A DNA stretch of 30,698 nucleotides. It comes from Bacteroidota bacterium (lineage in GTDB: Bacteria; Bacteroidota; Ignavibacteria; Tepidaquicellales; Tepidaquicellaceae). This document shows positions 18,571-25,686 of the stretch, piece after piece. How positions within the stretch are numbered: the stretch's first letter is position 1; each line of letters opens with the position of its first letter. The translations under genes and the position numbers were made by a program. The stretch spans positions 1 through 30,698 of the forward strand of contig DOWN01000016.1 in the NCBI GenBank assembly GCA_003519545.1, in the 5' to 3' direction. The notes beneath the pieces are model-generated. The model was given only the letters and a program-made list of their open reading frames with translations, made no database searches and had not been told where the DNA came from.

Positions 18571-19179
18571 TTATTTAGACGGCTTAAATTCTATCTTATC
18601 GCCCTCATTGATATTATATTTTTCCGTAAGACCTGCATTTATTTCTACAACATATTTTGAGGGTTTATTAGAAGGTAAAGACACAGTGCTAAACGGTGTT
18701 GTGTTTCTATAAATTTTTACAATTTTAAAATCTTTATCAACATAAATTATATCAAGTGGTAATTTTGTATTTCTCATCCAAAATGATTGAATTTCTTCAT
18801 TTGGAAATAAAAAAATCATACCTTCAGTATCTTTCATCGTTGATCTGAACATCAATCCTTGTGCCCTTTCAATGTTGTCATCTGAAATTTCTGTATCAAT
18901 CTTTAATAATAAATTTCCTGACCCGGCTTTTAAAAATTTTATTTCACCTTCTTTTGTAAAAACAGTATCTGTCATTGGACCTTTATCTAATGGGTTTTGT
19001 GATTGCTGTTGTTGTTGCTGTTGTTGTTGATTGATTATATTTAAAACCGGTTTTTCTTCTTTTTTAAAAACCGTAAAATATAAAACGGCAATTAATGCCG
19101 CCACAATAACAACTGAAAAAATAATTTTTGAATAATCTTTTTTTTCCGGTTGATTATTTTTGTTTTGAACTTTTGACAT
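18571..19179 (-). CDS. DUF192 family protein with N-terminal membrane anchor and poly-Q linker
   Basis: TM IIFSVVIVAALIAVLYFTVF; EISDDNIERAQGLMFR, GMIFLF, SFWMRNTKLPLDIIY, KYVVEINAG. Confidence 0.9.
   Translation of the reverse strand: MSKVQNKNNQPEKKDYSKIIFSVVIVAALIAVLYFTVFKKEEKPVLNIINQQQQQQQQQSQNPLDKGPMTDTVFTKEGEIKFLKAGSGNLLLKIDTEISDDNIERAQGLMFRSTMKDTEGMIFLFPNEEIQSFWMRNTKLPLDIIYVDKDFKIVKIYRNTTPFSTVSLPSNKPSKYVVEINAGLTEKYNINEGDKIEFKPSK
19003..19029 (-). repeat. Poly-Gln trinucleotide tract (CAACAACAACAG)x2+CAA
   Basis: Nine consecutive CAA/CAG codons read directly from the sequence. Confidence 0.9.
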
Positions 19180-19180
19180 A

Positions 19181-19942
19181 TTAATTTATTAAACTTTTTG
19201 GTAACATATTTAAAAAATTCATACACTTATCCATTTCAATATTATAAAAATCCTGTCCTAAGTTAAGATTTTCATAATATTGATTTCTGTTATTGAAATA
19301 ATATTTTTCTGACTGTATAAACCAAGCCAAATCTTTCAGGAAGTTTGATAGAAACCATTTTTCTGTTAATCTCGCTATTCTTCCGTTTCCATCAATAAAA
19401 GGATGTATCTGTGCTAATCTTAAATGAATCATTGAAGCAAAATAAAAAATCTCTGTTTCACGTAAATCAGTTTTAAGCAATTTTTCAATTTCAGTAAACA
19501 AGTTGCTCATATAATTTTTTACAAATTCCGCTTCGACTGCTAAATAAATCAATCCTTCTGGTGTGTAAATTCCAACCGATTCTTCACGGTAAAAACCTTG
19601 TTTCGATTTTATCAGTATTTCTTCTGATAAAATTTTATGAGCATTCAGAAAATTTTTCTCGTTAAGTTCGTTTTTTTTTGAAAAGCCATAAGCACTTATT
19701 AAATTTTCAATTTCACTTAATTCTTTAGATTTATTTTTTTTAAGGTCGTTTTTTAGATTTTTAAATGAATTAAAATCAATTGTATTTCCTTCAATGTTTG
19801 ATGAAAATACAGCAGAAGATTCAATCATAAAACTAAAATCATTGATTTCATTTTTCTGTTTTAAATTTTCAATTCCGGTTTGAATTAAGTTTTTTAATTC
19901 ATTTTCATATACCTCTAAATATTTGTCAGTTAATAATTCCAT
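19181..19942 (-). CDS. Fic family protein, class II (N-terminal autoinhibitory helix)
   Basis: Intact catalytic motif HPFIDGNGRIAR; inhibitory (S/T)xxxE(G/N) motif SSNIEGN near the N-terminus. Confidence 0.92.
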   Translation of the reverse strand: MELLTDKYLEVYENELKNLIQTGIENLKQKNEINDFSFMIESSAVFSSNIEGNTIDFNSFKNLKNDLKKNKSKELSEIENLISAYGFSKKNELNEKNFLNAHKILSEEILIKSKQGFYREESVGIYTPEGLIYLAVEAEFVKNYMSNLFTEIEKLLKTDLRETEIFYFASMIHLRLAQIHPFIDGNGRIARLTEKWFLSNFLKDLAWFIQSEKYYFNNRNQYYENLNLGQDFYNIEMDKCMNFLNMLPKSLIN

Positions 19943-20707
19943 TTATTTACGGTTTAAAAATCCTGAAACACCTTTTTTACATTCTTCGGTCATTCGCGTT
20001 ATTGCATTTAAATCCACCGCGTAGTCAAGTGCAGATTCCAAACTCATATTCGATACATTTTTAAACATCTCTTTTGTCAGCATCAATGAACTCAGAGGTA
20101 ACTTATTAATACTATCACAAAGATCTTCTGTGAATTTGAAAATCTCATCTTTTTTAACAGCGTAATTGATAAATCCGATTCTCTTTGCTTCTTCTGAATT
20201 TATAAATTTTGAAGTAAGCAATAAATCTTTTGCGTGAGTTTCGCTTACTTTCTTTAAAAGAAAAATCATCACTATCGCAGGAATAAATCCAATCTTAACT
20301 TCCGTATATCCGAACTGTGCATCATCAGAAGCGACTATAATATCACACACAGATGCAATTCCACATCCACCTGCCAATGCATATCCTTCCACCTGAGCAA
20401 TTACGGGCTTTTTACAAGTATAAATTGCCATCAACATATTTTTAAACTTGGTAGAATCTTCTTTGTTCTGTAAAATATCAAACTCGGAAATTTTTTGTAA
20501 ATAATCCAAAAATAATCCTGAACAAAAATTTCCGCCTGCTCCGGAGATAACTATTGATTTTGTGTTTTTATCATCAGAGAGTTCGGTAAAAACAGATGTC
20601 AATTCTAAAATCATTTCTTCATCAAGTGAATTTCTCTTTTCAGGTCGGTTTAGAATTACTTTTTTTGTCGCATTGTAACTTTCTACTAATATTTTTTTAT
20701 ATCCCAT
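19943..20707 (-). CDS. Enoyl-CoA hydratase/isomerase (methylglutaconyl-CoA hydratase-like)
   Basis: LNRPEKRNSLD, FCSG, KPVIAQVEGYALAGGCGI, FGYTEVKIGFIPA. Confidence 0.92.
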   Translation of the reverse strand: MGYKKILVESYNATKKVILNRPEKRNSLDEEMILELTSVFTELSDDKNTKSIVISGAGGNFCSGLFLDYLQKISEFDILQNKEDSTKFKNMLMAIYTCKKPVIAQVEGYALAGGCGIASVCDIIVASDDAQFGYTEVKIGFIPAIVMIFLLKKVSETHAKDLLLTSKFINSEEAKRIGFINYAVKKDEIFKFTEDLCDSINKLPLSSLMLTKEMFKNVSNMSLESALDYAVDLNAITRMTEECKKGVSGFLNRK

Positions 20708-20711
20708 AATT

Positions 20712-21509
20712 TTATAATACTATATAATTGTTGTTATTTATTTTTACTATTTCTGTTTCAGTTAGAAAATATTTTTCAATATTTTCTTTTGTTAAAACGA
20801 GGTCAGGTTTGTCAAATTTTATTAACTCACCATTATTTAAAAGCATAGTTTTATTCGTATATTTCAAAGCAAGATTTAAATCATGTATTACCGTTATTAT
20901 CGTCAGATTTTTTTCTTTGTTGAGTGAATTTAAAATATCAAATATTTCTTTCTGATGATGTATATCAAGATGTGTGAGCGGTTCATCAATTACAAGAATT
21001 TTATTTTTTAAATTTCTCGATAAATTAAGTTGCACAAGTGACAGCCCTATCAGGCATTTTTGTCTTTCACCTCCGGAGAGTTTATTAAGAATTTTATTTT
21101 CATACTCTTCAAGTTTGAGTTTTGAGATAACATCATTTACAATCTCTTTGTCGAGTTTCGAATATGAAAAATCAAACTTATCTTTAAAAGGAAATCTGCC
21201 GAGAAGTAAAAAATCTTTTACCTTAATATCAAAAATATCTTCAAGTCCTTTCTGTGAAAGATAACTCATATATTGAGCAAGACTTTTTTTATCAATCTCT
21301 TTAATATCCTCATCATTGAAAATCACCTTTCCTGTATAATTAAAAAAAATTCCAGTTATACATTTTATTAAAGTTGATTTACCCGAACCGTTTCTTCCTG
21401 TTATACTTATGAAATCGCCCTGTTTAACTTCAAAGGAAATATTTTTCAAACCGAACGATTGTCCGGGATATTGAAAATTCAGATTCTCTATATTTAATAA
21501 AGTTATCAA
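20712..21509 (-). CDS. ABC ATP-binding protein of the iron-siderophore/heme/cobalamin (FepC/HmuV/BtuD-like) class
   Basis: TTG start. Walker A GRNGSGKST, LLGRFP, LSGGERQK, IDEPLTHLDIHHQ, IHDLNLA. Confidence 0.88.
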   Translation of the reverse strand: MITLLNIENLNFQYPGQSFGLKNISFEVKQGDFISITGRNGSGKSTLIKCITGIFFNYTGKVIFNDEDIKEIDKKSLAQYMSYLSQKGLEDIFDIKVKDFLLLGRFPFKDKFDFSYSKLDKEIVNDVISKLKLEEYENKILNKLSGGERQKCLIGLSLVQLNLSRNLKNKILVIDEPLTHLDIHHQKEIFDILNSLNKEKNLTIITVIHDLNLALKYTNKTMLLNNGELIKFDKPDLVLTKENIEKYFLTETEIVKINNNNYIVL

Positions 21510-21513
21510 TTTA

Positions 21514-22005
21514 TTATGAAAATTTTAAAGTATCTGCATTGAAATACCAGTTCAGTTCAGCGTTTTTAGAATTTCCTGAAAAGGTCAAAGAAGCAATTCC
21601 TGATTTTGAAAATCCGCTTGAAAAATTTCTCCCCGTGTAGTCATACACTAAGTAAGAAACTAAAGGTTCGTGTGAAACAAGCGTTATGGTTTTATATTCA
21701 GGATACTCTTCCAGCATATTTATTACCAGTTCAGATGTAGATGAATGTTTTAATTCATTTCTCATTTCAATTCCGATTTCATTATTTATCTCAGATGAAA
21801 ATATTTCTGCAGTTTGAACTGCTCTGATTAACGGACTTGAAAGTATTAATTCAGTTGATGTCAGTTTATCTTTAAGTTTGCTGAAAATCTCATGAGAGAG
21901 TTTTCTTCCTGCTTCTGTGATATATCTTTTATCATCAGTTGTAACAGTGCCTGTTGAAAAATTAATCGCATCTGTATGTCTTATAATAAAAATATTTTTT
22001 TTCAT
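21514..22005 (-). CDS. sixA: Phosphohistidine phosphatase SixA family
   Basis: FIIRHTDA, SSPLIRAVQTAEI, LVSHEP; ATG overlaps the mtaB stop (ATGA). Confidence 0.82.
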   Translation of the reverse strand: MKKNIFIIRHTDAINFSTGTVTTDDKRYITEAGRKLSHEIFSKLKDKLTSTELILSSPLIRAVQTAEIFSSEINNEIGIEMRNELKHSSTSELVINMLEEYPEYKTITLVSHEPLVSYLVYDYTGRNFSSGFSKSGIASLTFSGNSKNAELNWYFNADTLKFS

Positions 22006-23303
22006 TTTACAGGAACCACTTTCACCGGGTTTATTCCGTTTATCTCTGTTAGTTTTACTTCTTTAATATCGTTTTCTGAAATTTCATTTCCTGTATAAAC
22101 TACACGTATATAGTTAGATGTGTATCCTGAAATTGAATTATCAGGTTTTTTAGATTCAAAGAGTACTTTCTGGTTTGTATTTAAATATTCCGAATAAAAA
22201 TCGAACCGTTTTTTATCTGAAAGTCTTCTCAAAAGTTCACTTCGTTTTCTTCTCTCTCCTACATCCACTTTACCCGGAAGATTTATTGCGTAAGTATTTT
22301 TTCTTTCTGAATATGTAAATGTATGTAAGTAGCTAACAGGTAACGAATCCAGAAAATTATAAGTGTTCTGAAAATGAACTTCGCTTTCACCGGGAAAGCC
22401 TGTAATCACATCCACACCAATTCCTGCGTTCGGAATTTTATTTTTGATTTTTAAAATCAAATTTTTATAATAATCGGAATTATATCTTCGTCTCATTAAT
22501 TTCAATATCTCTGAATCCCCGCTTTGTAAAGGGATGTGAAAGTGTTTGCAAAATTTTTCAGAATTAGATACGTGATTTATTATTTCATCATTTAACAAGT
22601 TCGGCTCTATTGAACTGATTCTAATCCTTTCGAGAGATAATTTTTCAAGCTCATACAAAATATGAATGAGTTTATATTCAGAACCGTTTTTATAATTATA
22701 ATCGCCTGTATTTACTCCTGTTAAAATAATTTCTTTATATCCCGCATCAATTATTTTTTTTGCGTTTTCTATAACTTCATTTATGGGAAGACTTCTTGAT
22801 TTACCTCTTGCAAGTGGAATTGTACAGAATGAACATTTATAATCACACCCATCCTGAATTTTCAGAAATGCTCGTGTTCTTGAATCTGTATCGGCACTGT
22901 AAGCAGCGTTAATTCCTGAAATTTCAGATTCGGGGGATCGGAAAATACACGAGACATCATTTTTTTCAAAACTGTCTATATATTCAAATAATCTGAATTT
23001 CTCATTAGCACCGAGAACAGCATCCACACCTTCTATGTTAGCAATTTCTTGAGGTTGCAACTGTGCGTAACATCCTGTCACGATTACATAAGTATCCGGA
23101 TTTTTTCTAAGCACACCTCTGATAATTTGCCTGCATTCTTTATCGGCATTTTCAGTAACAGAGCATGTGTTTAAGACAAAAATATCGGATTCCTCGCCAA
23201 ACTCTTTTAAGAGAAAACCTTTATTTTCAAACAGTTTAGAGATTGTTGAGGTTTCGCTGTAATTTAATTTACACCCGAGAGTATGTAATGAAACGGATTT
23301 CAT
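22002..23303 (-). CDS. mtaB: tRNA t6A37 methylthiotransferase (radical SAM, MtaB)
   Basis: TLGCKLNYSET, LNTCSVT, VTGCYAQ, RTRAFLKIQDGCDYKCSFCTIPLARG, RIRISSIEP, HFHIPLQSG; C-terminal GYTSNY typical of MtaB rather than MiaB/RimO. Confidence 0.92.
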   Translation of the reverse strand: MKSVSLHTLGCKLNYSETSTISKLFENKGFLLKEFGEESDIFVLNTCSVTENADKECRQIIRGVLRKNPDTYVIVTGCYAQLQPQEIANIEGVDAVLGANEKFRLFEYIDSFEKNDVSCIFRSPESEISGINAAYSADTDSRTRAFLKIQDGCDYKCSFCTIPLARGKSRSLPINEVIENAKKIIDAGYKEIILTGVNTGDYNYKNGSEYKLIHILYELEKLSLERIRISSIEPNLLNDEIINHVSNSEKFCKHFHIPLQSGDSEILKLMRRRYNSDYYKNLILKIKNKIPNAGIGVDVITGFPGESEVHFQNTYNFLDSLPVSYLHTFTYSERKNTYAINLPGKVDVGERRKRSELLRRLSDKKRFDFYSEYLNTNQKVLFESKKPDNSISGYTSNYIRVVYTGNEISENDIKEVKLTEINGINPVKVVPVK

Positions 23304-23445
23304 ATAATATCAAAATTAACCATTTAAAAAACGAATAATAATGTAAATTATCGGTTTAATATAAAGCGAATTTCATTAAAAATTTTTTTAATATAAATTT
23401 AACTACATTTTAAATTTATTTTCATTAATTTATATAAATTTAAAT

Positions 23446-24288
23446 ATGAAAAAATTATTCTTTTTTCTTTTTATTTTATCTCCTCTATTCCTTTTAGCAC
23501 AGACTGATGAATCAACAGATTTTAATTCTGAAAACTCTGAAGTTTCCGATTCTACTCAAGTAACGGAAGAAATTCAGGAAGTTGTTCCCGATCCTGTTCT
23601 GGAGTTTGTAATTGCGACTATTAATAGTGTAAATGAAAAATGGTTGGAGGTTAATAACATTTCTGCTGAAGGGTTAATAAAAATTAACACTCGTAACATT
23701 CAGGAAGAAGCAGATATTGTAGTTTCTGTAAAGAAAAAAGATGATTTGTATTTTAAAATTGATGGACCTATGGGTATAGATGTTGGAGCGGGACATTTTA
23801 ACAGAGAAAAATTTACTTTCGCGGATTACTTAAATGATAAGGCATATACAGGCACAACCAATGCATTAAATATTTCATCACTTACAAAAATTCCCGTTAC
23901 GTTTGATGAACTAATGAATATTATTTCAGGAGGTGCAAGAATCAGAAAATATGATACTGATACCTGCTGGTACACAGAAGAAGGGGATTATATTGTATTA
24001 CAGTTTTTATCTGCAAAAGGCACTTACAGAAAATTTTATGTGAATAAAACAGAAATGTATGTTGACAGATTTATTCACATTAATAATAAAAAACAAATTA
24101 CATTAAATGTTCAGTATAGCAATTATGTTAATTCAGGAAACGGGATTTTTGCAAAGAAGATTTCAGTAAGCAGACCATTCAAAGGAGAGTCATTCATTTT
24201 TACATATACAAAGTTTGTTACCGGAAATACTTTTTTGAATTTTAAAGTTGATATTCCGTCAGATTTTCACAGGGTAAAACTAAAATAA
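23446..24288 (+). CDS. Exported DUF4292-like (LolB-fold-like) protein
   Basis: Signal peptide MKKLFFFLFILSPLFLLAQ, short acidic linker, then a beta-rich domain (KKKDDLYFKIDGPMGIDVG...FTFADYLNDKAY) resembling DUF4292. Confidence 0.6.
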   Translation: MKKLFFFLFILSPLFLLAQTDESTDFNSENSEVSDSTQVTEEIQEVVPDPVLEFVIATINSVNEKWLEVNNISAEGLIKINTRNIQEEADIVVSVKKKDDLYFKIDGPMGIDVGAGHFNREKFTFADYLNDKAYTGTTNALNISSLTKIPVTFDELMNIISGGARIRKYDTDTCWYTEEGDYIVLQFLSAKGTYRKFYVNKTEMYVDRFIHINNKKQITLNVQYSNYVNSGNGIFAKKISVSRPFKGESFIFTYTKFVTGNTFLNFKVDIPSDFHRVKLK

Positions 24289-24906
24289 TTATTTATATAA
24301 ATTTATCATCTGGATAAGACCTGAGACAATCATTTCTACTGCTATAGCGGCAACTAAAATTCCGGAAATTCGTGTCATAACACTTACTCCGTTATCTTTC
24401 AGATAAACCTGCATTTTTGCGGCACCTCTAAGTGAAAAATATACGGCAATACCTATTATAAATATAACGATTGTTAGCATAATCCAATCAAGAATTGTTG
24501 TGCTTTGAGTCGCATAAAGTATAACACTACTGATTGGTCCGGGACCGGCGAGCAACGGAGTTGCAAGTGGAACGATTGCTATATCTTTTTTAACAGGTGT
24601 AGGAGAGTTTGGGTTATCTTCATCATTTCCCAAAACCATTTTGATAGCGATTAAAAAAATTATGATTCCTCCCGCAAGTGTAAAAGCGGGAATTGTTATG
24701 GCAAATAACTGTAATACAAGTTTACCGAGAAACAAAGTGAATAAAAGTATCGTAATAACACCTATAGCCGCTTGCTTTGCTATTTTTGATTTCTGAGCCG
24801 CATCCATTGATGCCGTAGAACTAAGAAATAATGGAATTCCTTCAAGCGGATTCACCAGCACAAATACCGAAATAAATACTTTTAAATAATAAGTTAATTC
24901 TTCCAT
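24289..24906 (-). CDS. MarC family integral membrane protein
   Basis: ATG at 24906 (MEELTYYLKVFISVFVLVNPLEGIP); FTLAGGIIIFLIA, IAIVPLATPLLAGPGPISSV, RISGILVAAIAVEMIVSG. Confidence 0.93.
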   Translation of the reverse strand: MEELTYYLKVFISVFVLVNPLEGIPLFLSSTASMDAAQKSKIAKQAAIGVITILLFTLFLGKLVLQLFAITIPAFTLAGGIIIFLIAIKMVLGNDEDNPNSPTPVKKDIAIVPLATPLLAGPGPISSVILYATQSTTILDWIMLTIVIFIIGIAVYFSLRGAAKMQVYLKDNGVSVMTRISGILVAAIAVEMIVSGLIQMINLYK

Positions 24907-24914
24907 ATTTATAA

Positions 24915-25649
24915 ATGAACTCACAAAGATACATAAAAAATATTTATGATAAATTTGCAAAAGAATATCATAAAAAACGGCTTGATAAAATCAGAGGATT
25001 TTGGAATGAACATATTGAAAATCCTTCATTGCTGGAGTTATCAAAAAATCATATCAAAAATAAAAATATTCTTGAGCTCGGTTGTGGTTCGGGTTTATTT
25101 ATAAAAAAAATATTAAAGTATAGACCAAAGTCCGTTACAGGTTTGGATATGTCAGAGGGATTACTTGAAATTGCAAAAAAGACTTATCCGCAGATAAATT
25201 TTTTTCAGGGTTCCGCAGAAAAAATTCCATTTAAGAAAAATATGTTTGATACAGTGATAAGCGGATTAACTTTGCATTACATAAAAGATTTATCAAAAGT
25301 ATTCGGCGAAGTAAAAAGAATTTTAAAATCAGGTGGTAATTTTATTTTTTCTATTCATCACCCAATGATGGAGTGTACAGAAAAAGAATCCCGATCAGGA
25401 AATGAATATATTCTTTATCCATATAACCATAATAAAGAATATAAATGGAAAATGATGGAAGGGATGGAATTAATTAGTTACCATCATACTTTTGAATATT
25501 TAATAAACGGATTGATAAAAAACGGATTTACGATTCAGTCAATTAAAGAAACTTATCCGGATAAAAATTCCAAAAAAATCAAGCACGAAGATTTTGAAAA
25601 AGCAAATAAATACCCTTTCTTCCTCGTTATTCAAGCAAAAAAAAGTTAA
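24915..25649 (+). CDS. Class I SAM-dependent methyltransferase
   Basis: YDKFAKEY, ILELGCGSG, GLDMSEGLL, FDTVISGLTLHY, LKSGGNFIFSIHHP. Confidence 0.9.
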   Translation: MNSQRYIKNIYDKFAKEYHKKRLDKIRGFWNEHIENPSLLELSKNHIKNKNILELGCGSGLFIKKILKYRPKSVTGLDMSEGLLEIAKKTYPQINFFQGSAEKIPFKKNMFDTVISGLTLHYIKDLSKVFGEVKRILKSGGNFIFSIHHPMMECTEKESRSGNEYILYPYNHNKEYKWKMMEGMELISYHHTFEYLINGLIKNGFTIQSIKETYPDKNSKKIKHEDFEKANKYPFFLVIQAKKS

Positions 25650-25686
25650 TTATTCTTTAAATTCAAATAGATTATTTTAATAACTA

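Noticed and set aside
19181-19942. Fic gene as a toxin-antitoxin module or mobile/defence island
   Set aside because: No adjacent antitoxin, integrase, flanking repeats or other defence genes, and an internal inhibitory motif is present. Low GC is shared with other poorly conserved genes in the window.
23375-23392. Inverted repeat ATTAAAAA-TT-TTTTTAAT in the mtaB/DUF4292 divergent spacer
   Set aside because: A/T-only in an extremely AT-rich spacer; expected by chance and cannot be tied to a regulator.
24924-24931. TATCTTTG on the - strand matching the Bacteroidota TAnnTTTG -7 promoter element upstream of marC
   Set aside because: The nearest upstream TTTG is 26 bp away rather than about 19-21, and use of this promoter type in this lineage is not established; a single 8-mer is insufficient.
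24907-24960. TTG-initiated 18-aa N-terminal extension of MarC given by the ORF track
   Set aside because: It overlaps the methyltransferase head-to-head, and MarC-like sequence begins at the ATG at 24906.
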